The position numbers were made by a program, and so were the translations under genes. This document shows, piece by piece, positions 40,949-55,491 of a DNA stretch of 64,000 nucleotides; the first letter of the stretch is position 1; each line of letters begins with the position of its first letter. Below the pieces are notes generated by a model. It ran no database searches, was not told the DNA's origin, and was given only the letters and a program-made list of their open reading frames with translations. Origin of the DNA: Eledone cirrhosa (lineage: Eukaryota); NCBI GenBank assembly GCA_964016885.1, contig OZ024760.1:20026001-20090000 (forward strand). The letters run 5' to 3'.

Positions 40949-41624
40949 CTTAACCATTTCATGACCATATTTTTAATTTAGTGATTGTTTTCCCTGATAA
41001 CAAACTGTGTCAGAATTGAAGCAGAGTTACTGGCCTCTCAGGTAAGACATGTACTGACAGCTTACAGTATACTCAGCTGAAAATATGTACCAGTAATAAC
41101 TGGAGGTTTAACCCTGTGATGGACTGGCATCTTGTCCAGGGGGAAGTCTTGTACTCTCAGTCACTTCACGCCACAGAAACCGGGATAAGCACCGGCCCAG
41201 TGAGCCCTTCAGCTCCAGACAGACCATTAAAATGGATTATTTTGTTTCACAGAACCAGAGCTGATTTGGTAGCAAAAGATATGAATTAATAGTGTGTTTA
41301 TTCCTGGATTTTAAACAACAGAAGAGGCTGACTTCAAGAAATAAAAAACAGAACTATTTAGTCCGAGGAAGGAGGGATATAGTTTTAGTTATAGCAATCA
41401 TCAAAGAGATACAGCAATAACAACAACAACAACAACTTAGTTTTATGTCTGTATCTATCTATTTGTAATTCCCCATTTAAACTCACACAAACACAAATTT
41501 ATACATGAACAGTGGAACAACAACAACAACAACAGCAACTCCTCTACTAAATTATATAGCTTAGAACACCACCAACAACAACAATAACACCATCACCAAC
41601 AACACCAACAATAACAACACCACT

Positions 41625-41656
<32 letters not shown>

Positions 41657-41805
41657 AGGTATATTATGCCTGTGTTTATGTGTTTACTATTATTATTATA
41701 TACATTATATATAAAGATCTTTCCTCTCCTCTACTAAATTATACTAAATTATACCAATGAACTGATCAAAAGACATCATTTCTATATCACAGTCTATGTT
41801 TAACT

Positions 41806-41996
41806 GTCGGCGAATTGGCAGTATCAGTAGAGGGTTGGACGCCATGCTTTCTAGCATCGTTACGTCCCTTTACGGTTTGAGTTCAAATCCCGTCGAGGTT
41901 AACTTTGCCTTTCATCCTTACGGGGTCGATAAAATAAAGTACCAGTAATACACTGGGTAATTGCTGGCCTTGTGCCAAAAGTAGAAACAATTATTA
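41806..41996 (+). mobile_element. Second SINE family, about 190 bp. Other copies: ~1-175(-), 2512-2735(+), 9010-9160(+), 14905-15090(+), 19380-19475(-), 19530-19735(+), 31950-32045(-), 32800-32980(-), 33303-33425(-), 56870-56970(+).
   Basis: B box GAGTTCAAATCC, conserved GCCTTTCATCCTTACGGGGTCGATAAAATAAAGTACCAG domain, 3' end GCTGGCCTTGTGCCAAAAGTAGAAACAATTATT. Confidence 0.82.
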
Positions 41997-42189
41997 TATA
42001 CATTATATATAAAGATCTTTCCTCTCCCCTACTAAATTATACTAATGAACTGATCAAAAGACATCATTTCTATATCACAGTCTATGTTTAACTTATTTGT
42101 CTGGGTTGAACGACATAAAAGAGACGATTTGAAGTTTGGTAGAAGTTTTTTTTTTTAACAGAAACCAAAGCTAAAAGGGAACGGAAGAT

Positions 42190-42745
42190 ATCATCATCAT
42201 CATCATCATCGTTTAACGTCTATCTTCCACGCTAGCATGGGTCAGACTGGAGTTGTCCCACTTGAAGCAAGATTGGTCTGGTGACTGTGTGTCTCACTCG
42301 TATAGGACTATCTGGCAGGTTTTCTAAGGCTGGATGCCCTTCCTAACACCAACCACATTTACAGTGTGGACTGGAAGCTTTTTACCGTGTTATCTACACG
42401 ACCACATTACAGTGTGGACTGTGTTTTTTTTTTTTGTCGTGACACCTACACAACCTCATTAGTTTGGACTGGATGTTGTGGTACCAACATAACTTTACAG
42501 AGAACAGGTGGTGCTGGCGGGAGTGGGAGGGTGGAGTAGGGGTAGTGGGTTGGGGTGTATATTTGGTTAAGAGGTGCCTACTGACTGTAGGTTTCACTTT
42601 GTACGTAGGCAAGGCCGGTCTTCTGTATTACTGCGTGGTGCCAAAGATCTCGGTCCAGTGACATTGTCTTAGAGCGGTGCAAGTATGTAAGGTCGGAATT
42701 TATCAAGCCGTCCCAGGTTTTTCTGGGTCTACCTACTCCATAGCT
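42190..42745 (-). mobile_element. Older, diverged RTE-LINE 3' end including the last ORF codons
   Basis: Colinear with 4311-4820, with substitutions and indels. Confidence 0.8.
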
Positions 42746-42903
42746 TCCATCAATTTTCTATATATAAATTTGAGTGACTTCCATCCATCCGTCCATCACA
42801 TAATGTGTGTGTGTGTGCGTGTGTGTAAAGGGAAGGGGATGGTGAAAAAACTATTGCAAAACAGCGGCTGGCGTTTCATTTCGATATATATATGTGTGTG
42901 TTT

Positions 42904-42948
<45 letters not shown>

Positions 42949-43670
42949 TGTATATATATAAACACACCCACATATATATGTGTGTTTGTTTTTGTATGGT
43001 TTTTTTAATCTTCCATGACATAAATTCTACAACTAATGCGATTGTTGGATTACAATTTTTACTTCATGGAGAGTAATTTATCTCACACACACATACATTC
43101 TCACACACACACATACCCATACACTCAGACACACACACACACAAGCACACTAACATACACATACAATCCCTCTATCTCAGTCACATCAAATGTGTTTTAC
43201 AGAGTCAACCACCTCTTCCCTCTACTACCACCTCCCACCACCACCTCCCACCACCACCTCCCACTCCTCATCTCTCTCTTTAGTTCCCAGGTAGAGAGAA
43301 AAACCAATCAACTTTACAATGGAACAACAACAACAACAACAATTTCAATAATAATCCCAACATAGCAAGATCACTGTCACTGTAAATATCTGAGTGTTTA
43401 ATGTAGTGGGGGGGGGGTAATGTGGTGGTGTGGGGGTGTAGTGTTTAATGTTGTGGTGTGGTGGTGGTGGTAGTGTGGGGTGGTGTAGTGGGGGGGTAGT
43501 GTGGTGACGGGGTGAGGAAAGAGAGAGAGAGGGGGGGGGGGGGGTAAGTGTGATTGTGGTGGTGGTGGTGTAGTGTTTAATGTAGTGATATAGCTGTGGT
43601 GATGGTGGTGTAGCATTGTTGTGGTGGCGGTGTGTGTGTGTGTGGGGGGGGGGGGGGAATATATACACAC

Positions 43671-43702
<32 letters not shown>

Positions 43703-44012
43703 CACACACATGTATTCTCAAGCATAGCTTCCCTTTATTCATTGTTTTCCTTCATCGTCTCATCTCTGAGCTTCAGAAATGTGAGACTCTCTAAACCTCT
43801 ACCCAGTTCTTCCTTGGTCTCCCTCTACTGCAATTTCCTTCCACTGCGATTTCTTGGCACTTCTTACTCCAATAATTATCATCCACGTATGCTTCACATG
43901 TCCATACCAGTGCAACCTCTTGCACGCTACATCTCACTGATGTTGTCCAAGAGAAAAGCAATATCTGACACAGCTTGGCACCAGTGACATCACAACTCCT
44001 TTATATATATAT

Positions 44013-44250
44013 ATGGTGTTTGAGAGGTTTGGGGGAGTCGGGCTACTGACTGCGAGATTCTTATCTTCAGTGACAGCTCGTGAGGGTGCTTGGCTATTCC
44101 AGCACATCAGCCTCGCCATCACTCAAGGTAATGCTACATGATGACTTGCCTCAAAAATTATTAGAGAGGTTTCCCAGTGCTCCCCGCGATATTGTTATCT
44201 TTTACTCTGGTAGTGGCTCGGTTGTCCACCCCTTTCGCCTGCCTTTTGTT
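44013..44250 (+). mobile_element. C-terminal remnant of a CRE-like (restriction-like endonuclease) non-LTR retrotransposon
   Basis: VFERFGGVG...ARFL..VTAREGAWLFQHISLAITQGNA matches the ETxG...FQRxSxAxQRGNA C-terminal signature. Confidence 0.6.
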
Positions 44251-45090
44251 GTATGTCATCCTAGATGTGTGTATTACCTGCTTATGTGTTGTATGTCGTC
44301 CTAGATGTGTGTATTATCTGCTTATGTGTTGTATGTGGCCCTAGATGTGTGTATTACCTGCTTATATGTTGCATGTGGCCCTAGATATGTGTATAACTTA
44401 CTTAGGTGCTGTATGTCATCCTAGATGTGTGTGTTACCTGCTTATGTGTTGTATGTCGTCCTAGATATGTGTATTACCTGCTTATATGTTGTATGTGACC
44501 CTAGATGTGTGTACTACCTGCTTATGTGTTGTATGTGGCCCTAGATGTGTGTATTACCTGCTTATGTGTTGTATGTGGCCCTAGATGTGTGTATTACCTG
44601 ATTATGTGTTGTATGTCGTCCTAGATGTGTGTATTACCTGCTTGTGTGTTGTATGTCGTCCTAGATATGTGTATTACCTGCTTGTGTGTTGTATGTGGCC
44701 CTAGATGTGTGTATTACCTGCTTATGTGTTGTATGTGGCCCTAGATGTGTGTATTACCTGATTATGTGTTGTATGTCGTCCTAGATGTGTGTATTACCTG
44801 CTTGTGTGTTGTATGTCATCCTAGATATGTGTATTACCAGCTTATGTGTTGTATGTCGTCCTAGATGTGTGTATTACCTGCTTGTGTGTTGTATGTGACC
44901 CTAGATGTGTGTATTACCTGCTTGTGTGTTGTATGTGGCCCTAGATGTGTGTATTACCTGCTTATGTGTTGTATGTCGTCCTAGATGTGTGTATTACCTG
45001 CTTATGTGTTGTATGTGGCCCTAGATGTGTGTATTACCTGCTTATGTGTTGTATGTGGCCCTAGATGTTTGTATTACCTGCTTATATGTT
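44248..45090. repeat. 40-bp minisatellite, about 21 copies
   Basis: Unit CTAGATGTGTGTATTACCTGCTTATGTGTTGTATGTGGCC. Confidence 0.92.
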
Positions 45091-45969
45091 CCTACCTTTT
45101 TTCCTTTTCCTTTGTATATATATTTGTTTGTGTTTTCGTTCTGAAAGCATTATACTATAATATTTTTTATACATACACACATTATATATACACTATGTAG
45201 AGTATATATACACTATATATGTTGTCCAAGAGAAAAACAATGGCCAATACAGCTTGGCACCAGTGACATCACAACTTACTTCTACAGCTGAGTAAACTGT
45301 CTTGCCCCGGTCGGGAATTCAACTCACAACCTCACGATTACAAGCCCTACGCTCTAACCACAAAGAATTTTTAAAGGAAATCAATTTAACATTGAATTAT
45401 TTCTTAATTTATTCTTTGTTTATTACAAATGTGAAGAAAAAAAGAAGTTATCGTAAAACACGGGAGATAAACCTGTTTTCTTTTAAAGAGTTGTTTCCCT
45501 TGAAAATGTAACCGTTTAGCAACTTACCGGAAGTGTAATAGCGAAGTTTATGTTTATAATTTACTTTGTCCGTGGGATGCAGCCCAAACACAGCCCAGCC
45601 CTAGGCCCAGAGCCCATCACCCTCCCCGGTTCTTCTATGGCCCAAGAGTCTTTGTTTTTCCCCTCCTTTTCCTCTCATTTATGGCATTTATACTACTTTC
45701 TTATACAGCCAGATCTGCCCTTCTTTACCCCTTCCCCTTTTTTTCTCCTTATTTTATTTTGTTTTTATCTTTCTTTTCCATGTTTATGTAATTCTCATTG
45801 GTTTTTAACCCAGCTTTGGATAAGAAATATGTATAAAATATCACAATCTTTAAACGTTTATTGTATGATGTCGGTGCCCTTATGTTTGTTGTTCTTCAAC
45901 CCATAATGAGTATTGCAATTATTCACAAATAAAATCATTTATTACCTCAAAATAAAAATAAAAGAAAAT

Positions 45970-46390
45970 ACTGAGGAATGAAAGAACGGTTACGAATACA
46001 GGCGGCCGAAATGGGGTTCCTTGGGAGAGTGTTTGGAGTAATGTTACTCGATAGAGTGTGTAGCTCTGAGATGAGAGAGTCACTCCAGGGAGAGCCGCTA
46101 CTTCCCCGAATTGAGAGATCAAAGCTCCGATACTATGGACATGTGGTTAGATTGTCTCAGGAAAGAATCGCTGGCCAGATCTTACAGGCAAAACCAACAG
46201 GCAGGAGACCCAGGGGTAGACCCTAAGCAAAGACGGTTGGATAACATCCATGAGATTGGCTGGACTCAATTGGAGGTCCAGCCGGATCAGTTAGGGATGG
46301 TTACTTCTGACAGGATCAGCTGGAAGGAGTGTTTAGGGAGGTCTCTGCCTCTACGACTCTCAGGAATAAGTGAGCGAAGAAGATTAATGA
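45970..46390 (+). mobile_element. Degenerate RTE-clade (Expander/Rex3-like) LINE 3' fragment
   Basis: RIQAAEMGFL...EPLLPRIERSKLRYYGHVVR...PTGRRPRGRP followed by a frameshift. Confidence 0.8.
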
Positions 46391-46675
46391 AAGCGTTAAA
46401 ACGAAAGCGGAAGTTGTGTTGGTCAAGGGCACATAACTCTTATTCTGTTGTTTGTTCACAGTCTTATTCTGTTTTGTTTTTGTGATGTTGTGGATGTTTT
46501 GATGCGACTCGTAGAGAAAGAGACTGAAATTGGCAGTGGTTTATTATATATTATATATGTTGTTTGATATGACTGACATATCTATTATATATCAACATCA
46601 ATACCAACTTCAGTGTAGAAGTAAGTACTTATTTTACATCTATGTTTACTACTTTCACCTCCCCCAACTTGTACT

Positions 46676-46709
<34 letters not shown>

Positions 46710-46715
46710 GCCTTG

Positions 46716-46752
<37 letters not shown>

Positions 46753-47359
46753 ATTTCGAAGAAACGACAAAACATAAAATATCTTATTACTTTAGGGGAA
46801 AGAAAGTTCCACGTGTCTCGCGCTTTAGCCCTTCTACAGGAGTACAAAACAGAATATATATATGTGTGTCTGTGTGTGTGTGTGCATGCATGTGTGTGTG
46901 TGTGTGCATGTATGTGTGGTGTGCATATATATTATATGTGTGTGTGTATACGGGGTACGATTTCTCGCAGGCATCTGTCCACTTTTTTCCTCGTCACCAG
47001 GGGTGACTATTATTATTATTATAGTCCTTTCCGTTGAGACAACTACATTTCAAATATATATATACATATACACATACACACATGTATATACACATACACA
47101 CATATATAAACCTCTATAATTTATTCTTGTTGCTGTTGCTGTGCAGCTGTTGGTGACGTCGTTTTGTCCCACGGTAATGCAGATCGCACTGACCCTCTGA
47201 CTAAAACCGTTCCAATTGCGGCCATCCCGTGAGATTTTCAGACAAGGACACACGCACCAGTGTCTTCTATTTAGTCCTTGGTTTATTTATGTGATTTGAA
47301 GGACAATTTGGCTGTGATTTCTAGCTGCTCTGACGACCACATACAGGTCTCACCTCTCA

Positions 47360-47411
<52 letters not shown>

Positions 47412-47625
47412 ATATATATATATGCATATATGTGTATATATATATATATGTGTGTATATATATATATATGTGTATATATATATATATATGTGTATATATA
47501 TATATATATGCATATATGTGTGTTTGTTTATCTTGCATCTGTTTATTTCATCAAAGCTTTTTGATGTGTGAAACCTTTGCTCAGCTAATAACTGCGTGTT
47601 ACGAAGTAAAACGATGTGTATGTAT

Positions 47626-47672
<47 letters not shown>

Positions 47673-48727
47673 TATATACACACACACACATATATATATA
47701 TATATTTACATATGTGTGTGTATATATCGCTCTAGTCATAGCCATTACGTAAAGACAAAAATAATTACATGCGTGATTGTGTCAGTCGCTGTTTGTGTTG
47801 TTGAGGTTTTTAATTGTTATGTTCTATTATAAATATATATATATATATAGGCCCTATCCTCCACATCACCCTGTCAAACCTATCTTTTTACAGGGCTTAG
47901 AAAAACTGTAGGACCACTGCAATAAGTGTGAATCAGAGGGGGGGGGGGGTATGTTAAATAAAATCATAATTAACTGATCCCCCTTTATTTTCTTTTGCCC
48001 AAATCCAGGAAGTGTTTAGTTCCCCTCCCCTCAGCCCCGTATCTTTCACACACAACACTTGACATTCCAGTCAATCCATTTTCTTCGTTCCATCTTCCAT
48101 TCATCTCGTCTGCTGCTGTCTTCAGGATGTTTCACAGAGAACCCTGGAAGAATGGCATCTTATGATCCCAGCATCCATGCAGGCACACACACATACACAC
48201 AGACTCATACACACACATTCACGCATACACACGCGCACACATTCACACAGACACACACATACGCATATATATACATACACAGGTAAAATTCCGTTGTAAC
48301 GTATACTATTATAACGAATTTTTCAGTATAACGAAATTTTGTTCAATCCCCGACCACACACTCGATGTGTTAGGTCGATCTCGTTGTAAAGAATCTTTCG
48401 TTACTGTATATATAAATATATATATACTGTGTGTATATATATATATATAATGGTTTCTAAAGTCGATTAAATCGACCCCAGTGCCGTAGATGCGTATTTT
48501 ATAGGTTCGTATTTTGGGGTTACAACAACTATGTATAAAGAACTCAATACTGGTTTTAAAGTGAAAATTATATTTATAGCTAATAGTAACTGTTTCGCCG
48601 AAACAGGCTTTTCAAAACATACACACATGTAAGCATGCAGGTTAGCTGAAACAGGGTGGGTTTGACTAATACATATATATACATATGTATGTATGTATAT
48701 ATGTATGTATATATATGTATGTATGTA

Positions 48728-48769
<42 letters not shown>

Positions 48770-49380
48770 CAGAGTGTCCTCCCAAAAAATGTATACAGCC
48801 ATTATTTTATTAAAATGCAGTTAAAGTGTGTATACATTTTTTGAGACACTATATGTATGTGTGTATATATATATACGGGATGTCCCAAAAAATGTATATA
48901 CTCTTTGATTACCTGTACATGCAATATTTATTAGAAAGCTGTTAAAGTGTGTATACATTTTTGGGACACCTTGCATATATATATATATATATGTGTGTGT
49001 GTATATATATATATATGTGTGTGTGTATACATTTTTGGGACATCCTATATATATATATATATATATAAAAGTAATATATATGAGTAATATATATGATGAA
49101 ACAGATACCAACACATCTGTATTTATATTGCAATAGTATTTGCAAATATATTTGCAATATAAATACAGATGTGTTGGTATCTGTTTCATCATATATATTA
49201 CTCATATATATTACTTTTATACACGGCTCAGGAATATTTCCTTTTGAGCTAATTCCATTGTAAAAGAATTCATTACACTTAATAATATATATATATATAT
49301 ATATATATAGGATGTCCCAAAAATGTATACACACTTATTAGAAAGCTGTTGAAGTGTGTATATATTTTTGTGGGACACTG
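48770..49380. mobile_element. Cluster of about four 80-100 bp Tc1/mariner-type MITEs; other copies at 3957-4035 and 25707-25792
   Basis: TIR similar to CAGGGTGTCCCAAAAAATGTATACAC with TA flanks; copies at 48770-48851, 48876-48973, 49021-49047 (half) and 49308-49380. Confidence 0.7.
49064..49221. repeat. Hairpin with about 70-bp arms
   Basis: TATAAAAGTAATATATATGAG...TATTGCAA is mirrored across a short spacer. Confidence 0.8.
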
Positions 49381-49469
49381 TATATATATATATATGTGTG
49401 TGTGTGTGTTGAGAGAAACGTTAGAAGCACTGAGCTATTGTTACATCAGGAAACCCATGAATGCCACAA

Positions 49470-49505
<36 letters not shown>

Positions 49506-50288
49506 ACTTTTACTCTACAAACCCGAGGTTTTGATGTTTCTAGACGAAACCAGAAGAAATCTAGTTTCGATTTCCTCCCCCTCCTTCCTCATCAGTATGT
49601 AAACGAATCGAATCCAATATTATTATTTTTCCGATCATATATTGCTAATTAAGTTGTGTTCTTATGATGTCATCAGTTTTTTGTTAAACGATGTTTCTCG
49701 CCGCCTTCTTTTGTGTGTGTGTGTGTTTGTGTGTGTATATGTGTGCATGTGTTTGTATGTGTGTATGTTTGTGTGTGTGTATGTGCATGTGTTTGTAAGT
49801 GTGTATGTTTGTGTGTATATGTGTGCATGTGTTTGTGCGTGTGTTTGTATGTGTGTATGTTTGTGTGTGTGTATGTGCATGTGTTTGTAAGTGTGCATCT
49901 GTGTATGTTTGTGTGTGTGCGTATATGTGTGCATGTGTTTGTAGGTGTGTATGTTTGTGCATGTGTTTGTAGGTGTGTGTGAGCATGTGTGTGTGTGTGT
50001 GTATATATGTGTGTGTGTATGTTGCCATCTAAGTTGCCTATCTCTCTTGTGTGTTTTTTACACTCTACAGAACACTAGAGAAAGAAATATTTCTACACTG
50101 CTCCACCCATCTTTTATATTACATAATAAAGCTCTTTCATACCTTATTGTGTGTCAACATGTGGGGGGGGGGGGTCAACGGGGGTGTGTCAACATGTTGG
50201 GGGGGTGTCAACCACACCTTACCAGTTTCAAAATTTATATCTAAATCTTTTATACTTTTTAAATATCTATACATACCTCTACCTCTCT

Positions 50289-50361
<73 letters not shown>

Positions 50362-50819
50362 TATACTATACTATTTCTATACTTTCTATACCTTTCATTT
50401 ATATATATATATGTATATATATATATAAAAGTATATATGTATATCTCCTACACAGAAACACCATACGTCCACATTATTCGGTCATCTAAAATTCATAACA
50501 TCTACACAATACATTCCACCACTGTCACATGTCACACATTTCATCACTACCATTGTCACCACCACCACCACCACCACTACCATCACCACCACCATCACCA
50601 CCACCACCACCACCATCTCCACCACCACCACCACCACTACCATCACCATCACCACCACCACCATCACCACCATCATCACCATCACCACCACCATCACCAC
50701 CACCACCATCACCACCACCATCACCACCATCACTACCACCATCACCACCACCACCACCAACACCACTACCATCTCCACCACCACCACTACCATCACCACC
50801 ACCACCATCACCACCAAAT

Positions 50820-51460
50820 ATATTATATATTATATACTTGTATATATTATATACTTGTATATATTATATACTTGTATATATATTATATACTTGTATATAT
50901 TATATACTTGTATATATTATATACTTGTATATATATTATTTACTTGTATATATATTATTTACTGGTATATATTATATACTTGTATATATTATATACTTGT
51001 ATATATTATATACTTGTATATATATTATATACTTGTATATATTATATACTTGTATATATTATATACTTGTATATATTATATACTTGTATATATTATATAC
51101 TTGTATATATATTATATACTTGTATATATTATATACTTGTATATATTATATACTTGTGTATATATTATATACTTGTGTATATATTATATACTTGTATATA
51201 TATTATTTACTTGTATATATTATATACTTGTATATATTATATACTTATATATATATTATATACTTGTATATATTATATACTTGTATATATTATATACTTG
51301 TATATATATTATATACTTGTATATATTATATACTTGTATATATATTATATACTTGTATATATATTATATACTTGTATATATTATTTACTTGTATATATTA
51401 TATACTTGTATATATTATATACTTGTATATATTATATACTTGTATATATTATATACTTAT
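50820..51460. repeat. 18-20-bp AT-rich minisatellite
   Basis: Unit TATATTATATACTTGTA(TA). Confidence 0.88.
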
Positions 51461-52014
51461 ATTTAGTATCAACATATTTATTAAAGACACACTCTGTATT
51501 CAGCCATAGAAATCTTGCCAAACAGAGGACCCTCAGTTGTGTCAAATACATGACAACCTCTCCTGTGTACTCTGTAGAATGGTAGACCAACTATACCTAA
51601 GACAGATCCCTGGTCCTTGTCTGGGAGATCAGTGGCTCCACTTCAGTATTTACTGGGTCTGTAGGGACCCATCCAACCCTTAAACAACAAAGATGATGGT
51701 TGTATACATACATGGTGGCTGCCCCCTCGTTATCGAGTATGGCCATTGCACGATATAACATTATTAATAATTATCAATTAATTCTATCGTGCAATACCTG
51801 TGCGTGAAGATTTTTTTAAAAGTGAGGAAAGATTGCGCACTGAGAAACAGTAGCTATATGTATATACATACATGCATGCATACGTACATATATGATGGTT
51901 GTGATGATGATGGTGAATCAATGTTTCTTTCAGTGCCAATTGTTTTCTTTTTTATTTTACTAACTTATTTATTTTGTTTTCTTTTTTCCCTTATTTCAGC
52001 AAGATTCATCAACA

Positions 52015-52158
52015 ATGAATTTCATTGAAAAAACTCCAGAAAGTGCCGGTGAGCAGAAATATTCCATCCAAAAACTCTCTCTATATATCGACAAATTCTT
52101 GAAGGTGCTAGAAATTGACTTAGGTAGATTGCATCAACATCGACGCAATATAGAAAAG
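52015..52158 (+). CDS. STX17: STX17 coding exon 1 (MNFIEK...HRRNIEK). The acceptor at 51998-51999 implies an upstream non-coding exon.
   Basis: Polypyrimidine tract plus TTTCAG before 52000, ATG at 52015, donor AAG|GTATTG at 52159. Confidence 0.9.
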
Positions 52159-53587
52159 GTATTGATTGATTTTAAACTTCAATATTTCATAAACTTTTGT
52201 CTGCCTCAACTTTAAATGGCCTGTCACCTAATTGAAATTTTAAAAAAAAAAAAAAAATATACAGCTCACACCTAAAGCAGTACGTTTAGCTGGCCTCCTA
52301 TGAGGTTATTTTAATGATAGGGGCCCCAGTCCTATCATGTTGTTACAGCTCATATATCTGCAGGTTTAGCCGACTTCTTATGAGGTTATTCTAATGATAG
52401 GGGCCCCAGTCCTATCATGTTGTTACAGCTCATATATCTGCAGGTTTAGCCGACTTCTTATGAGGTTATTCTAATGATAGGGGCCCCAGTCCTATCATGT
52501 TGTTACAGCTCATATATCTGCAGGTTTAGCCAACCTCCTATGAGGTTATTCTAATGATAGGGGCCCCAGTCCTATCATGTTGTTACAGCTCATATATCTG
52601 CAGGTTTAGCCGACCTCCTATGAGGTTATTCTAATGATAGGGGCCCCAGTCCTATCATGTTGTTACAGCTCATATATCTGCAGGTTTAGCCAACCTCCTA
52701 TGAGGTTATTCTAATGATAGGGGCCCCAGTCCTATCATGTTGTTACAGCTCATATATCTGCAGGTTTAGCCGACCTCCTATGAGGTTATTCTAATGATAG
52801 GGGCCCCAGTCCTATCATGTTGTTACAGCTCATATATCTGCAGGTTTAGCCGACCTCCTATGAGGTTATTCTAATGATAGGGGCCCCAGTCCTATCATGT
52901 TGTTACAGCTCATATATCTGCAGGTTTAGCCGACCTCCTATGAGGTTATTCTAATGATAGGGGCCCCAGTCCTATCATGTTGTTACAGCTCATATATCTG
53001 CAGGTTTAGCCGACCTCCTATGAGGTTATTCTAATGATAGGGGCCCCAGTCCTATCATGTTGTTACAGCTCATATATCTGCAGGTTTAGCCGACCTCCTA
53101 TGAGGTTATTCTAATGATAGGGGCCCCAGTCCTATCATGTTGTTACAGCTCATATATCTGCAGGTTTAGCCGACCTCCTATGAGGTTGTATCTCATTGAA
53201 GGTTTTTACATATTGCTAATTTTTTCTAATAACATGTTGCTAATTATGTTTGTGTTTTGTTCTTTTTCCTATATTTTCTAATTACATATTACTAATTAAG
53301 TTATATATGTGTTTTCTTGTTGTTGTTCAGTACTCTCGTCTAGATGATCTTTATAGCCTGAACAAGGAACAAGTGAATGCGGGCCGCACGGTGCAACAGA
53401 TTAAGGCAAACATCAAAGAATTGGAGAAAGCTCGAAGTCGAATAATTGATGAAGATTTGTCCAAGTTTGACGCTAAACTGAAACATGTGAAGGAAAAGGC
53501 ATTGGCTGCCATAACTGAATATATTGATGATGGACGGTCAGCCGAGGAGGAAGAATCTGATGGTCAGTATAGTTGTGTGTGTGTGTG

Positions 53588-53638
<51 letters not shown>

Positions 53639-53971
53639 GTGTGTGTGTGTATATATGTGTGTGTGTGTGTGTATATATATATGTGTGTGTGTATATATAT
53701 ATATATGTGTGTGTGTGTATATATATATATGTGTGTGTGTGTATATATATATGTGTGTGTGTATATATATATGTGTGTGTGTGTGTATATATATATGTGT
53801 GTGTGTATATATGTGTGTGTGTGTGTGTGTATATATATATGTGTGTGTGTGTGTGTATATATATATGTGTGTGTGTGTATATATATATGTGTGTGTGTGT
53901 GTGTATATATATATATGTGTGTGTGTATATATATATATATGTGTGTGTGTATATATATGTGTGTGTGTGTG

Positions 53972-54002
<31 letters not shown>

Positions 54003-54009
54003 ATATATA

Positions 54010-54102
<93 letters not shown>

Positions 54103-54381
54103 ACATAGAACAGTAAAAACAGAAGTGAGGTGTAGGTAAAGAGTTAGTTCATTGTTTCAATTGATCAATGGAGATCTGTGTCACAGCCTGGAAGGGGTTA
54201 AGTTAGCATCAATTTCTAGTCTCCAACATCCTGTTCAATCAACCGTCCTCCTCAGACAGATCCAAGATACTGTAGATGGTGACCACCTGCCACAAGGGCT
54301 ACCGGTCACACTGCCGTATCTTCCTGCAACCATCCTTCCAAGGATAATGTTCTAACAACATGATCAGCCCCCACCACAACC

Positions 54382-54429
<48 letters not shown>

Positions 54430-55189
54430 TAGTGGAGGCGTGTGGCTGAGTGGTTAGAGAATTGGATTCGCAATCGTGAGGTTGTCAGTTTGATTCCTGG
54501 ACCGGGTGATGCGTTATGTCCTTGAGCAAGACGCTTTATTTCACGTTGCTCCTTCTACCTGGAGTTGCGACTGATAGATAGTATTAGCAATTGGAAAGAC
54601 TAACGGAAACATTGTTTCCTCGGTCCGATTTGACGAAAGTCGATCGATCCTTTTATATATATGCTAAATATTCTTTATGTGCATATATGGTGTGACCTAT
54701 GTGTATGTGTGTATATATATATATATATATGTGTGTTTTTGAGTATATGTATATATATATGTTTGTGGCTATATACATTTTCTCTTCTTCCTTCATCATT
54801 TTCTTCTTCCTCTCCGCCTTCCTTCGTCTTTTTCTTCCTTCATCTTCCCTCTTCTTCCACCTTCTCTTTCCTCTTCATTATCTCTTCCTTCTTCTCCTCT
54901 TCCTGGTCAGCGGAAGTCTGTGACAACATTCTCACCTCTAACCTGATGCAACAGAGACGCCGAAGTAATGAGACTGATTATATGTCAGACGAGTTTGTCC
55001 CACACAGTTTACCTGTAGAGCTGGAGCGTGGAAGCCATATACCTCAATTACAGGTGTATAATGTCCCACAGGATTCTCAAGCGGCAGAATCATGGCAAAA
55101 TCTAAAAGAAGTAAGTTTATATATACAGATATATACATATATATATATATATACAATACTATACTACTTTCCTACTGTGTGTTTAGTTT

Positions 55190-55224
<35 letters not shown>

Positions 55225-55457
55225 TTTATTTAATTACATTATAAACAACACAATATAATTATTTCATTACCAAAGGTTTCAAGAAACTAGATGATTCTTG
55301 CAGAAACATGTAGCTCGTTAGTCAGAAAAAACAATAATTGTTTTGTCTGACTAACGAGAAACCTTCAGTAATGAAATAATTATATTGTGTTGTTTATAAT
55401 TAGATAGCTCTGTACTATACATAGAGCACTCTTCTTTCCTTTACAGAAATATTTAAC

Positions 55458-55491
<34 letters not shown>

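Noticed and set aside
45526-46415. ETS-like CGGAAGT motifs as a possible STX17 promoter
   Set aside because: Short motifs more than 5 kb from the first coding exon with no transcription-start evidence.
47122-47226. Short minus-strand ORF MAAIGTVLVRG...QQQQQE in a CpG-containing island
   Set aside because: Only 34 codons with no recognisable motif; it could equally be STX17 upstream or UTR sequence.
1450-54139. Dozens of long ORFs rich in Y/I/C/V/H/T (e.g. 2908-3882, 26974-28497, 30553-31677, 50437-51585)
   Set aside because: They are translations of (TA)n/(TG)n/(CA)n microsatellites that lack stop codons and are open in several frames at once.
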